A stretch of DNA of 64,000 nt from an uncultured Gaiellaceae bacterium (GCA_963808865.1 CAWEGY010000003.1:6709-70708), one strand, 5' to 3'. Shown: positions 1-11,331, counted from the first letter of the stretch. The notes: generated by a model not told the origin, from the letters alone. Translations and numbers: made by a program.

Positions 1-501
1 ATTGCGTGGCCACGCCGAGGAAGGGGATCCTGACCCGGTTAGAAAGCGAGGGACTCCGGACGAATCGGGAGCCCCTCGCCTGCGGCCAAACACACGGCCG
101 GGGTGACATCACCTTTTCGCCACGCCGTGCGGGGGTCATCGCTCGAGCGCCTACGAAGAACGAGAGGCCCCAGAAGCGCGTCCGGAGCCTCTCGTCATCA
201 GTCACACGCCAAGCCCCGAGAGGAAGTGATCCTCGACAGATCTTGACGCGGCCGATCATGCCAAACCCTCGAGCGAACTCACCCCGCGTCGCGCATTGCA
301 CGAACAGCGCGCTGGCCGGAGCTCTGACCGGCGGCCACCTTCGGCTCGAGGCACGACGTGGGTCAGCGGTGAGCGGATCATCGGGATCAGTCCAGCGGTC
401 GTGCAGGGACGGGTTCGTCGTGTCTTCACGCCGCCGAAGGTCACGGTTCGCTAAGCAGCGACGTGGCTGAGCCCGTGATCGCCGTCGCCTTTGCTTTCGT
501 C

Positions 502-906
502 TCAGTCCACGAGAGCGCGGTCGTTCGCGTCGAGTCTCTCCCTTACGCGAGTGACCTCGTCTGCGAGTCGGCGCAAGTCCCGCACCTGCTCGAGCAACGA
601 CTCGAACTGCTCGGCGTCCACCACGACCGTCGGAACGCGCCGGCGCGGCGGGCGTATCGACTGCGAGTTCTGTGCAGCGCTGCGTCGTCCACGCCGCCGC
701 AGAGCACGGATGTGAGCCGCGTGAGCGTCTGCCACCGGCGACGCCCGGTCGTACTTGGAGGACGCTCGGAGCATGTCGATCAAGAGCTCGCGGGGCACCG
801 GCCGCGAGCGGAGCCATCGGATGAAGGAGTCGTGCTTCACGCCGCCGCGGGCATGAGCCGACCCGCTCGAGACTTGCGTAGTGCGTTTCATGAGCGCGTC
901 GATCAT
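502..906 (-). CDS. hypothetical protein (134 aa)
   Basis: ORF 502..1026 trimmed to an internal ATG preceded by GGAGG. No family recognised. Confidence 0.3.
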   Translation of the reverse strand: MIDALMKRTTQVSSGSAHARGGVKHDSFIRWLRSRPVPRELLIDMLRASSKYDRASPVADAHAAHIRALRRRGRRSAAQNSQSIRPPRRRVPTVVVDAEQFESLLEQVRDLRRLADEVTRVRERLDANDRALVD

Positions 907-1069
907 CCGCCTCCGACTCCCTTCCCCAGTTGTCACGCGAGGAGGGGAGCACAACAGGTAAGAGCCGCCAGACCGCCACCTATGCGCTGTCCCCTCCTCC
1001 CGTGACTGGACGGTGCCCCGGGGCATCGGGCAAGAAACCCGTTCGGCTGCGAATCCCTCGCACGAGGGA

Positions 1070-1087
1070 GGCCCGTCATGACGGGCC
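1070..1087. terminator. perfect 18-bp palindrome GGCCCGTCATGACGGGCC, likely terminator hairpin for the 1145..1552 gene
   Basis: Palindrome read directly, about 60 nt downstream of the minus-strand stop at 1145. Confidence 0.4.
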
Positions 1088-1144
1088 AGATCCGTCGCAC
1101 CCTCACGCCGCCGCAGATGACGATCAGGTAGATGCCTGGCGGGG

Positions 1145-1552
1145 CTAGGGCAAGTAGTGGCGGTGCTTCCGTCTGCGTCGCAATCCAGCGACCTTCTCGC
1201 CTGTACTGCGAGCCAGTTCTAGGAGCTCAGTCTGTAGGTCGGGCGTGTGATCCGAGCCGTGTCGGAGCCTGTCCACGTAGTCGTCACGCCGGACGCAGAA
1301 AACCGTGTACGTGTCGTTCCCGCTTTGAAGAACTTCGTCGACTACCCACGTCTTCCCCCAGTAAGGATCGCCTCCAAGACTTTGAAGCCGCATGCCGGGA
1401 GTGGGAAGTTGGTCGAACCAACGACTCTCACTGGAATCAGGAAAGCGCACGACGCAGTACACGCCGGGGCCATGGCGCTTGCGTGCCAGTAAACGTTCAA
1501 GAAGCCGCAGCACTTCGCGCCGAGTGTCTTCCCTCGATCGATCGGCAGGCAA
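1145..1552 (-). CDS. hypothetical protein (135 aa)
   Basis: Clean ORF in a lower-GC stretch with a protein-like, non-Arg/Pro-rich composition. No family recognised. Confidence 0.4.
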   Translation of the reverse strand: MPADRSREDTRREVLRLLERLLARKRHGPGVYCVVRFPDSSESRWFDQLPTPGMRLQSLGGDPYWGKTWVVDEVLQSGNDTYTVFCVRRDDYVDRLRHGSDHTPDLQTELLELARSTGEKVAGLRRRRKHRHYLP

Positions 1553-1926
1553 ACGCTCTTGCCTTCAGGCAACGGCGGTCACTTCTTACAAGCTCCCGTG
1601 ACGGCCGTGAGAAGAAGACGCAGATCGGGCATCGATGTCAGGGACGCCGTTCCTGTGTGGGAGAAAGGCATCGGTCGATGCCGATCTGCGCTGGGTCGGA
1701 CAGTTCCCGTATCGGCGATTCTCAAACCGGATCGCTGAGGCGCTTCGCAAAGCCTGTGTATGAGCCGATCTCAGTCGATTGTTGTGATGGGGTGCTCAAG
1801 CAGTGACCCCCGCTATGGATTTCCCTCCCCGATAGATGCCTAGCTGGCCGACAAAGAGAAAACGCAAGTGGATTCGGCCCTATCGCCGTGAATACGGAGC
1901 GACCCATCGCGCCAAGCGCCGAGCAC

Positions 1927-2160
1927 TCACTCCCCTCGTGGCTGCTGGGCTCGTGGATTTGCGCGGCGGGCTCGCAGGCGTCCGACGTAGCGGGCGATCC
2001 GTAGCCGCTCGGCATACATCTGGCGAAGCTCGCGTAGCTCCAGCCGGCTGAGAGCCGGCCAACGTCGAAAGAGCGTTGCGAGCTTGTCATCGCGTATCGC
2101 TCGTTGCTCGGAAAGCTCAGCGGCTCCCATCGCAGCAAGGTCTTCGGGAAGCGCTTTCAT
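1927..2160 (-). CDS. small hypothetical protein (77 aa)
   Basis: ORF 1927..2277 trimmed to ATG (MKALPEDL...) with an AGGAG-like site about 8 nt upstream. Confidence 0.3.
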   Translation of the reverse strand: MKALPEDLAAMGAAELSEQRAIRDDKLATLFRRWPALSRLELRELRQMYAERLRIARYVGRLRARRANPRAQQPRGE

Positions 2161-2502
2161 CAGCCAATGCTCCTGTCGGTTAGAGGACGGGATATGACTG
2201 CGCTTGCGGAGAGTGGCGGAGGGGGTAGCCTCGCCACTCTCCCGCAAGCACAAGCCCCGAAGGTCGCCTCTTGCCATCAGTCGCCCCGAGGTAGGCGAGC
2301 GGTACCCACGGGGCAGCCGCCGGCAAACATCCCGGAAACGCGACGCGCTACTTCGCGCTCAAGGTTCAGATGCAGGCGTGCGGGGTATCTCCTCGGCCCC
2401 CGAGGAAAGTCGCCGGGGAAATGACCTCGCTAGGCGGTAGCGACGGGCGATGCACGACGAACACGTCGAAGAGCCACGCGAGAACGCTCGCTAGGTCACG
2501 AA

Positions 2503-2829
2503 CTAGTCCGCCGCGGTCTCCTCTGCGATGACGCCAGCCTTACCGCGCTTGCGCACCACCTCGAAGCGATCGTTTCGCGTCACGGAGTCCTCGATCTCGG
2601 CATCGACATGGTCAGGGGCGACGATGAACTGCCTCGGATCCTCATGGAGCAGCTCGTACTCGGCGGGCGTGAGGACAATGCGCTCAGTACACGTCAGCTG
2701 TGAGCACTCGCAGACGATGTTGAAGGGCGCCTGCTCGCCGGCGATGTCCTTCACCTGCTCCACGACGCGCTCGTTGAAATCGCGGAAGTGCGCCTCGTTC
2801 AACGCCCGGCGCTCGTCACGCCCCTGCAT
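2503..2829 (-). CDS. hypothetical protein (108 aa)
   Basis: ORF with balanced acidic/basic composition (MQGRDERRALNEAHFRDFNERV...). No family recognised. Confidence 0.45.
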   Translation of the reverse strand: MQGRDERRALNEAHFRDFNERVVEQVKDIAGEQAPFNIVCECSQLTCTERIVLTPAEYELLHEDPRQFIVAPDHVDAEIEDSVTRNDRFEVVRKRGKAGVIAEETAAD

Positions 2830-2894
2830 TACCCGGAGAGTCTAGGCCGCGATTCGCCGCCTAGCGGGTTCCGGCGTGACGGTCGGTCTTCGAA

Positions 2895-2928
2895 CTAGGT
2901 TCAGCACGCCCGCCTCGAGCTCGCGGAG
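2895..2928 (-). repeat. copy G of the dispersed repeat (minus orientation: CGCGAGCTCGAGGCGGGCGTGCTGAACCTAG)
   Basis: 19 nt identical to the consensus core plus GCTGAAC. Lies about 35 nt downstream of the CorA-1 stop and overlaps a 10-bp hairpin CGAGCTCGCG-gag-CGCGAGCTCG at about 2916..2938. Confidence 0.75.
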
Positions 2929-2965
2929 CGCGAGCTCGCCGTCACCCCTGGCGACATCCCTTCAA

Positions 2966-3930
2966 TTAGATCCAGCGTCGAGTGCGGGCGACCGAGAGTA
3001 CGAGAACGGCGATGCCGAGCATCGCGGCGATCACGGCCCAGAACATCCACACCAGATCGAAGAGCCCGAGCTGGAAGTTCATGCCCATGATCCCCGCGAG
3101 CACGGTCGAGGCAGGAGGATCACCGTTCCGAGCGTGAGCACCTTCATGACGTCGTTCGTGCGCTGTCCGATGCGGGCGACGAAGAGGTCGAACGAGCCGC
3201 GGGTCGACTCCTTCGCTTCCCGCGCCGCATCCACCGCCTGGGCCACCCGACTCTCGATGGCGGCGAAACGCTCTGCCGAGGTCTCGGTCGATAGCAGATC
3301 GAGCTCGGGATGTGCGAGAGCGACGATGACCTCACGGTGTGGAGAGAGCGCACGTCGCAGCGTCCCGATGGAGCGGCGAAGCTCGACCAGTCGCGCCAGA
3401 TCCTCGGAGACGCTCTGCGGGACGTCGGACATGACCTTCGCGTCCAGCTCCTCCAGCTCCTCCTCGATCGCCTCAAAGGCGCGAAAGTAGCTGGTGACGA
3501 CCCACTCGACGGCCGCCGCGACAAACGAAGGTGAGTCGAGGGCACCGACCTGACCGCCTCCTTCGGCACGCTCGCGGAACTCCTCGAGCACCTCGATCTC
3601 CGCTTCATGAGCTGTCACGACCCAGTTGGAGCCGAGCACGCATTCGACGGGACGCAGGACAGGCTCACCTCCCTCGCCGCTTGCCACGTACAACGTGACG
3701 TGCAGATGCTCGCCTGCGTCCACGAGCGACGCGCGGCTCGGCTGCTCGATCAGCCTCTGTGCCTGCTCATCGCTGAGCTCGAGCGCCTCCTGCACGGCCG
3801 CAACCTCCTGCTCGTTCGGGTCGCGCAATGCGATCCAGAGCAGCGCGTCGTCGGCGAGCCCGTTGAGTGCGGCTGGCAAGTCCTCCTCTCGCCTGGACTC
3901 TTGTTCGTCGAACACGAAGAGCGTAAGCAT
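2966..3930 (-). CDS. corA: CorA-family Mg2+/Co2+ transporter (paralog 1), interrupted by an apparent 1-nt frameshift near 3110
   Basis: ORF 3079..3930 has a CorA-like N-terminal domain. The C-terminal TM segments with the GMN motif (AGIMGMNFQLGLFDLVWMFWAVIAAML...RRWI*) continue in another frame down to TAA at 2966. Confidence 0.8.
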
Positions 3931-4016
3931 CTCCGGTGGTTTCCAGAGAACACTGCTCTTCTAAACGGGCTCCCTCTAGCTCCCTGGTCAGCGGGCCGCC
4001 AAACTCCGAGTGTCGC

Positions 4017-4048
4017 GTAGTTCAGCGGCCCGCCTCAAGCTCGCGCTC
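4017..4048 (-). repeat. copy H of the dispersed repeat (minus orientation: GAGCGCGAGCTTGAGGCGGGCCGCTGAACTAC)
   Basis: Read directly. Degenerate match to the consensus, about 90 nt upstream of the CorA-1 start. Confidence 0.65.
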
Positions 4049-4184
4049 CACGTAGGGCGCGGGGTTTCGCTAGCGCTCGGCGCGGCTCCAGGCGTCGGCG
4101 AGCGGCGCTCGGTAGAACAGCGCGAGCGGGACGGCCACGATGACGAGCAGCACCTCGTCGAACGGGCCAGGCGCTTCCCGCCTG

Positions 4185-4421
4185 TTACGGTTGCTTCTCG
4201 TCGGCGGTGAGGTGGCCGGCAAACCCTCGCGGCTCGTCTGGCGCAAGCCCCCTGACGAGCTCGACGTAAGCGGTCGGTACATCTTCGTGCGTGACCCGCC
4301 TCACTGACCACAGCGATTCACCTCTTCGGATCGTCTCGCCGACGGCAGGTGCGCCACTGCGAGTCAGGTCGTACTCGAAGTCACCGTTCGGAAAGCGGAT
4401 CACGAACGCTCTTCTGGGCAT
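4185..4421 (-). CDS. small hypothetical protein (78 aa)
   Basis: ORF 4185..4493 trimmed to ATG (MPRRAFVIRFPNGDFEYD...) with GAGGTG 5 nt upstream. Confidence 0.45.
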   Translation of the reverse strand: MPRRAFVIRFPNGDFEYDLTRSGAPAVGETIRRGESLWSVRRVTHEDVPTAYVELVRGLAPDEPRGFAGHLTADEKQP

Positions 4422-4523
4422 GGAACACCTCATTGTTTGCTTGCTCCGGGCGTGCCCTGGTCGTTTGGGCTCGAAACCAAGCTGGCAGCACACGCTGCGG
4501 GAAGGGGCGTGCCGTGGACATAG

Positions 4524-5547
4524 TTAGATCCAGCTCTTCCAGCGGAAGATCGCGACCATGCCTACAAGCGTCGCGATCATCACCCCGAGGATGACCCAGA
4601 AAGCGCTCTCGGATCCCTCGCCGGGGAAGAGCACGTTCATGCCGAAGAGGCTCGCGATCAGCGTCAGCGGAAGCGCGATCGTGGCGATCACCGTGAGGAT
4701 GCGCAGGACGTCGCCCTGCTTGTGGGCGATCACCGACTCGTTCGTCGACTCGAGGCCCTCGACGACCTCCTTGTAGTTGTCGAGGAGGTCCCAGATCCGC
4801 TCGGCGGCGTCGACGATGTCGTCGAAGTAGAGCTCGAGCTCCTCCGGGCAGGAAGGCCTCGACGCGCCGCTCGAGCACCCGCAGCGTCGAGCGCTCGGGC
4901 TTGATGATCTTGCGGTAGGAGATGATCTCCTGCTTCACGTTCGAGAGGTCGCGGACGACCTCGTAGGAGCGTCCCTCGAACATCTCGTCCTCGATCACGT
5001 CGAGCTTGTGCGCGATCTTGTCGAGGATCGGGAAGCAGTAGTCGAAGAGGTCGTCGAGGATCTCGTACAGCAGCCGGCCGGAGCCGCGGCGGAAGAGCTG
5101 ATCGCGAAAGTCCTCGTCGTCCTCGCAGCGGGCGAAGAGCCGGGTGACCGGGTGCAGCTCCCGGTTCGGGATGGTGACGACGTAGTCGTGGCCGATGAAG
5201 ACGTCGAGCTCGCCTGCGTTCAGGCGCTGTACCTGCTTGTCGTAGAAGGGGAAGTGGAGGACGGCGAAGAGGTAGCCCTCGTCCTCGTAGTCGTCGACCT
5301 TCGGCCGCTGGCGCTTGGAGACGACGTCCTCGACGTCGAGCGGATGCCACCCGAACCGCTCGGCGAGCGCCTGCGCCGTCTCGACGTCCGGCGCGACGGC
5401 GTTGACCCAGGTGAGGCCGCTAGCGGAGAGCTCGCTGACGAGCGGAGCTGGCTGCGTGACGACGGGCCCCGTGCCGCGGGTCCGTGAACGCCTGATGCGG
5501 GGAGGCTCGGCATGGGTACTCAGCGGGTCGTCCTTCGTCACGGCCAT
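4524..5547 (-). CDS. corA: CorA-family Mg2+/Co2+ transporter (paralog 2), apparent 1-nt frameshift near 4847
   Basis: N-terminal part starts MAVTKDD... in ORF 4381..5748. The C-terminal part is ORF 4524..4733 (YGMN-type motif: LFGMNVLFPGEG). Removing one base of the GGG run at 4846-4848 restores ...EAFLPEELELYFDDIVDAAERIW... Confidence 0.85.
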
Positions 5548-5557
5548 GTTCGTGATT

Positions 5558-6849
5558 CTAGCCCCGGTGCCTGCTCCGTGGCCGCTTTCGCCCGCGTGCG
5601 AGAGGGCTACGCGGGACCGGAACCGGAGTCCGGCGTGCGCGCGTCGGCAGCGTCCCTTCGACGACGAGCGCGAGAATCGCGCCGAGCGCGCACAGGGCCG
5701 AGGCGGCGAGCCAGACGCCCGTCGACGACAGGGCGAGCCCGATCCCACCGAGCGCCGGCCCGAGCGCGAACCCGACCTGCCAGGAAAGGGCGTTCAGCGC
5801 CATGTAGCGACCGATGAGGCGCGGCTCGGCGAGATCCGCCACGAGTGGGGCCGCTACCGCTCCGTGGAGGCACTGCCCGACGGCGAAGACGACCATGACG
5901 AGGGCCAGGATCGCCAGGGCTGCCTCGGGCGTGGCGACACCCGCCAGCGGGACGAGGAGCCACGCGCCGGCCCAGAGGACGCCGAAGAGCGCGAGGGTGG
6001 GCATCCTCCGTCTCCCGCGGGCGAGACGCGCAATCGGGAGCTGGGCGAAGACGATGACGAGCGTGTTGACGAGGAAGAGGAGGCCGATCTGGTTCTCGGA
6101 CAGGCCGGCGTCGTTCTTCGCGTACACGGGGAGGACGTCGAAGCCCGAGAAGCCGGCGAAGATGAAGAGCGCATTCAGCCCGATCACGGCGACGAACGGT
6201 CCGTGTCGAAGCACCTGGCGGTACGAGCCCGAGCCACGCGACCCGTGCGAGTGCATCCGTGCGGGCTCGGGAACGAGGGCGAGCATCACGCCCGCGTAGG
6301 CGAGGAACGTCACTGCATCGAGCAGGAAGAGCACGGTGAACGTCCCGGGTGATTCGGTCGCCGCGATGAGCCCGCCCGTGAGCGCGCCGAGACCGATCCC
6401 GAGGTTCATGACGACGCGCTGCATCGCGAAGGCCGCGGGGCGCTGGTCCGGCGGCGTCAACCGGTGAGCAGCGTCGACTGCGACGGCCAGAAGCCGCCGA
6501 CGCCGATCCCACTCACGACCGCGACCACGAAGCCCTGCCACGGCTCGTGGACGAGGGCGTAGCCCGCGTACCCGACGGTCAGGATCGCGAGCGAGAGCGC
6601 GAGCATCGGCTTCCCGCCGAAGCGGTCGATCTGGGAGCCGAAGACCGGCCCGGCGACGATACTCGTGAACGCGTGGGCCGCGAGGATCAGCCCGACGACG
6701 CCGAGCCCGATCCCGCGCACGTTGTGCAGGTAGATGAACATGAACGGGATGACCATCCCGTTGCCGAACGAGTTCAGGAGCCCGCCGATCTGGAGCGTCG
6801 TGACCGAGCGCGGAAGTGGCGGGAAGTAGAGGCGGAGGAGTCCGCGCAC
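5558..6849 (-). CDS. MFS transporter, apparent frameshift near 6457-6463
   Basis: N-terminal TM1-4 lie in ORF 6457..6849 (ends ...WPSQSTLLTG*). The continuation LTPPDQRPAAFAMQRVV... with 8 more hydrophobic segments lies in the frame of ORF 5558..7018. Confidence 0.8.
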
Positions 6850-7098
6850 CGTGGGACACTAGCCACGGGTGTCGTGGCAACCAGGTGACGTCGTCGTCTG
6901 GCGCGAGGCGTGGCGTGGTCGGCGCTACTGCTCGATTCCCGTACGGCTGCGAGGACGTGGAAGACGATCCGGAGTCCGAGCTGGCCCGTCCCGACGTCGG
7001 CGAGCTCGGGCTGCGCACGCTTCTCTGACGAGTATTGAACCGCGGGTGCTTGCCGCTGCGAAAGGCACGGGGTCAGCAACCTCTGAAGGGAGACCCAC

Positions 7099-7961
7099 AT
7101 GCAGCGTTCACGACTCGTGCGTGCCGCACTCGCGGTCGTCGCACTCGCCCTGATCGTCCCGCTCGCAGCGGGAGCAGGTTCGGGCAGCAAGAGCAAGAAC
7201 GAAAACGACGCCGCGAAGCGGATCCTGTTCGCGACGGACAGCGCGGGCAACCTGCTCCGGTTCAAGGCGAGGGGCTCGGAAGCCGCCCGCTCGAAGCAGA
7301 TCACGGGGCTTCCGGCGGGCGTCGTCCTGAAGGGAATCGACTTCCGGCCGGCGACCGGCGACCTGTACGCGCTCGGTAGCGACAAGGTCGTCTACCGCGT
7401 CAACCCCTGGACGGCGATCGCGGTAGCGGAAGGGCCTGCGTTCGAGACGACGGCAGCCGCGCTCGTCGGCGACCGCATCGGCTTCGACTTCAACCCGACG
7501 GTCGACAAGATCCGCGTGACCAGCGACGCGGACGACAACCTCCGGCTCGATCCCGATCCGGGGAGCCTGCTGGCGAAGGACACGAGCCTGACGCCGGCCG
7601 GACGTGACCGTCGTCGGCTCGGCGTACACGAACTCGTCGTTCGCGGCCTTCGCGAACCGGCCGGCCGCGACGATGCTGTTCGCGCTCGACGTGGGGGCGA
7701 GCCCGGACCGGGTCTGGCTCCAGAATCCCGCCAACGCGGGCACGTTGCTGAATCCCGTCTCGCTCGACGTCGATCTCGGCGTCGACGCGGGCTTCGACAT
7801 CGCGGGAGCCGACAACGTCGCGTATGTCGCCGGCACGTCGCTGGGCAGGAGCGGCGCGCGTCTCTACCAGGTGGACGCTGGCGACCGGAGAGACCGACGA
7901 GCTCGGCCGCATCGGACGCGGCAACGTGACGATCACCGGCCTCGCTGCGGTGCAGGACTGA
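7099..7961 (+). CDS. secreted DUF4394-like protein, two apparent frameshifts (about 7600 and 7872)
   Basis: Has a signal peptide and motifs such as GIDFRPATGDLYAL and GFDFNPTVDKIRV. The reading continues through three frames (VTVVGSAYTNSSF... then LATGETDELGRIGRGNVTITGLAAVQD*). Confidence 0.7.
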
Positions 7962-8011
7962 GGACTGAAGTGGGGGGCCGAGCGGCGGCTCGGCCTCACC
8001 AACCGAACCGG

Positions 8012-8617
8012 ATGCACGCGGCCGTGCGAACCCCTCGCATCACCGCCGTCGCCGAGTCAACGAGCAGACAGCGCGAGCTCGAGCAGGAGCTCGTCGCTCG
8101 GCTGGCCAGGGGCGACCGCGATGACGCGCTCTCGGAGCTCTACGCCCTCTACGGACGACCGATCTACGGCCTCGGCATTCACCTCCTGCACGACGCCGGG
8201 CTCGCCGAGGATCTCGTCCAGGAGACCTTCATCCGGCTATGGCGCTCCGCCCGCACGTACGACCCCTCGCGTGGCTCGGTGAGGACGTTCGTCTTCACGC
8301 TCGCGCGGCGCGCGGCCGTCGACCTCTGGCGCCGGCGCGGTGCTCCCGTGCCGATGCTGCTCGAGGAGCCCGAGCAACCCGACGCGGCCGGCACCGAGGC
8401 ATACGAGCAGCTTCTCCTCCGTCTCGCCGTCGGCGAAGCGCTGACGGAGCTCACACCCGCGCACCGAGAGGTGCTCGAGCTGCAGTTCCAGTCCGATCTC
8501 ACGCAGGCGCAGGTCGCGGAGCGCCTGAACATTCCGCTCGGAACGGTGAAGACGCGGACGATGCACGCCCTCCGGCGGCTGTCGTTCGTGCTCGAGGAGC
8601 GGGGTGCATATGCCTGA
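8012..8617 (+). CDS. ECF-type RNA polymerase sigma-70 family factor
   Basis: Sigma-2 and sigma-4 regions are recognisable (LVQETFIRLW ... LTQAQVAERLNIPLGTVKTRTMHALRRL). Internal ATG start within ORF 7604..8617. Confidence 0.85.
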   Translation: MHAAVRTPRITAVAESTSRQRELEQELVARLARGDRDDALSELYALYGRPIYGLGIHLLHDAGLAEDLVQETFIRLWRSARTYDPSRGSVRTFVFTLARRAAVDLWRRRGAPVPMLLEEPEQPDAAGTEAYEQLLLRLAVGEALTELTPAHREVLELQFQSDLTQAQVAERLNIPLGTVKTRTMHALRRLSFVLEERGAYA

Positions 8618-9212
8618 CGTCGACCATCGCCTCGCGCGGGCGTTGCGCAACCCGATCGCGCCCATCACGCCGCCTCCCGCACTCGAGTCGCGCGTCCTGG
8701 CTGCGGTCGCGCTCGACGGTGTCGAGACGGCGTCACAGTCGGTTCGCCGGGAGAGGCGCCCGCGGCGCATGCGGCTCGCGTTCGCCCTTGCGGGAGCGAC
8801 TGCGGTCGTGCTCGCTGTCGTAATCGCCGGCGGAGGGCTGCGCGAAGGCGGAGCGCCGGGAACGCTCGAGCTGCAGGCCGTGCTGGTTGCGCCGAGCGGC
8901 CCTGCCGAGGCAGCGATCGAGGTCCGGAAGACGGGCATCGGACGGGTCGTCGAGCTCCGGTCGGAGTCGTTGCCGATCCTTCCCAAGGGCGAGTACTACG
9001 AGCTCTGGTTCGTCGGGCCGGGCGACTCTCCGGCGACCCCGAACCGGATCTCCGCGGGCACCTTCCACCCGGATGAGGACGGCAGGTCGCGCGTCGTCTT
9101 TGCTGCGGCCGTGGATCCGACTCTGTACCCGGTGCTCAGCGTCACGGCAGAGGCCGGCGACGGCGATCCTGCGCCTTCTTCAGCCGAGGTTCTCCGCTCC
9201 CGCCGTCCCTAG
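8604..9212 (+). CDS. anti-sigma factor (RskA-like C-terminal domain, one TM)
   Basis: Overlaps the sigma gene stop. Has a TM segment (LAFALAGATAVVLAVVIAGG) and an anti-sigma-K-like C-terminal domain (YELWFVG...ISAGTF). Confidence 0.7.
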   Translation: MHMPDVDHRLARALRNPIAPITPPPALESRVLAAVALDGVETASQSVRRERRPRRMRLAFALAGATAVVLAVVIAGGGLREGGAPGTLELQAVLVAPSGPAEAAIEVRKTGIGRVVELRSESLPILPKGEYYELWFVGPGDSPATPNRISAGTFHPDEDGRSRVVFAAAVDPTLYPVLSVTAEAGDGDPAPSSAEVLRSRRP

Positions 9213-9215
9213 AGC

Positions 9216-10299
9216 TCACGTCGCGGGACGCGGCCACGAGTCATACGTCGCCCGCGCACCAGGAAACACCGAGGATTCGCTGAGGACGTCGGTGCTGTCC
9301 ACCCACTGATCGACGGCGCCGATCAGGGGCAACGCGCGCAGCCAGGGATCGGTCACCCGCTCGAGGCACGCGGCGACGAAGCGCGAGGAGCCGAGCACTC
9401 GGAACGGCCTGCCGTGGAACAGCTGCACGCCCTCGTCGACCGGCGTCGTGAGCCCGAGTGCGTTGTGTCGAGCGGCCAGCCTCTCGACGATCTCGACGAG
9501 CGCGCCCTCGCGGGCGCCGAAGTCGGTCGCCTGCAGCGCGTCGAGCAGCCGCGCGCCGAGCGCGTCTTGCGCGTCCAGCCTTCGAAACGCCGACCCGAGC
9601 CACTTCGAGTACGGCGCGTACCGGCGCTCCTGCAGGAAGCAGAGGCGCACGACATCGCGGACGAGCCGCGACGCCACGACGTGTCGAGCCGAGCTCGTCT
9701 CCGACCTCCGCCGCGCGACCGACGAACGGCTCCTCCTGGTCGATTCGGCGCCACTGACAGGCCATGAGCCAGAGCCAGACGTCGTCCGGGTACCAGCGAA
9801 GCGCCTCGCGCACGGCTGTCAGCTCGCCGGTCGCGTCGTGGAAGACGGCTCCCGCGGTGACCTCGAGGAGGGTCTGCTGCGGCGTCGCGAGCCAGTCGAG
9901 CGTGGTGACCCCGCTGAGCGGATCGAAGCCGAGGTGCCGCCGCAACCACGTTTCGAGCGCGTCGACGTCGACGTGATGCGTGACGGGCGTGTCGTCCCAG
10001 CCGAACCGAGTCGGCCAGCCGCGAAAGCGAGGTGGGAGAGCGGCCTCGACCGCCGCGCGCAGCCGCTCGACTTCGCTCGCGGCGACGAACACCTGGAGCT
10101 GCGGTCCCCAGGCGTGGTCGGTCGAGCGCTCGGTGTCGAAGCCGACCACCTCCGAGCCCCAACCGATCCGCGCCGCGGCGTGCGGTGTCTCGCCGACGAT
10201 CTCCGCGACGACCTCCTCGTAGTACGCACGGGCGAGCTCGAGCCCGGGGACGAAGGGCGGCACGGCGAGCAATCGTACGGGGCGAGTGCGAACGCGCAA
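9216..10299 (-). CDS. DUF4037-like protein, apparent frameshift near 9682
   Basis: ORF 9241..10299 ([14 protein letters not shown]...[11 protein letters not shown]) continues in ORF 9216..9677 ([31 protein letters not shown]...). The true start may be internal. Confidence 0.65.
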
Positions 10300-10310
10300 G
10301 ACTCTGGAAC

Positions 10311-11331
10311 GTGATCCAGCACGCGATTCAGCAGCTCCTGGACGGACGCGATCTCACGCGAGCAGACGCGCACGTTGTGATGGGCGAGATCATGGGCGGG
10401 GAGGCGACTCCCGCTCAGATCGGCGGCTTTCTCGTCGCGCTCCGGGCGAAGGGCGAGACCGCGGATGAGATCGCGGGCTGCGCGGAGGCGATGAGAGAGC
10501 ACGTGCTCCCCGTCCGGCCCACGCGCGACGACGTCGTGGACGTGGTGGGGACCGGCGGCGACGGGGCGCGGACGTTCAACATCTCCACGACTGCTGCCCT
10601 CGTGGCGGCGTCGGCCGGCGCTGGTGTCGCAAAGCACGGGAACCGCGCCGTCAGCTCGATCTCGGGCTCCGCGGACGTCCTCGAGGCGCTCGGGTTCACG
10701 CTCGACCAGCCGCCGGACCGGATCGCGGAGTCGATCGATACGCCTCGGCTTCGGCTTCATGTTCGCTCCGCTGCACCATCCGGCCATGAAGCACGCCGCG
10801 CCCGTTCGGCGCGAGCTCGGGACGCGGACGGTGTTCAACGTCCTCGGGCCGCTGACGAATCCCGCAGGCGCGCGGGCGGGCGTGTTCGGGGTGTACTCGC
10901 CCGAGCTGGCACGAACCGTCGCGGACGCCCTCTCCGTGCTCGGCACCCGCAGGGCATTCGTGGTCCACGGGGCGGACGGGATCGACGAGCTCTCTCCGGC
11001 GGGGCCGAACCTCGTTCTCGAGATCGAGGACTCCGAGGTGCGCGAGTGGGTTCTGGATCCGCTCGATCTCGGGCTCGATCCGTGCGAGCCGGAAGAGCTC
11101 GTCGGCGGGACGCCGGGGGAGAACGCGCAGGCGGCGCACGAGATCCTGGCGGGAGCGCCTGGCCCGAGACGCGACGCGGTCGTGCTCAACGCCGCCGGCG
11201 CGATCGCCGCGGCCGGCCACGCGACCGATCTGCGAGAAGGGATCGAGCTCGCGGCCGAAGCCATCGACAGCGGCAGTGCCGGCGAGCGCCTCGACGAGCT
11301 CGTCGCGTTCTCTCGTCGACAATCCGACTGA
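10311..11331 (+). CDS. trpD: anthranilate phosphoribosyltransferase, apparent frameshift near 10740
   Basis: GTG start inside ORF 10032..12026. Contains [20 protein letters not shown]. Continues in ORF 10624..11331 ([41 protein letters not shown]). Confidence 0.9.

Noticed and set aside
502-906. Phd/YefM-type antitoxin (segment VVVDAEQFESLLEQVRDL)
   Set aside because: The similarity is limited to about 15 residues. The protein is too long, it lacks the usual N-terminal beta-strand motif, and no toxin-like partner ORF is adjacent.
4070-4282. 70-aa minus-strand ORF with a hydrophobic stretch (VLLVIVAVPLALFY) between the 4185..4421 gene and repeat copy H
   Set aside because: It overlaps the better-supported 4185..4421 gene in another frame, has no RBS and is Arg/Ser-rich at its N-terminus.
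8041-8075. Ninth repeat copy inside the ECF sigma gene (AGCGCGAGCTCGAGCAGGAGCTC)
   Set aside because: Only the first 14 nt match. The GGCGGGCGGGCTGAAC half is absent, and the string is in-frame coding sequence (RQRELEQEL).
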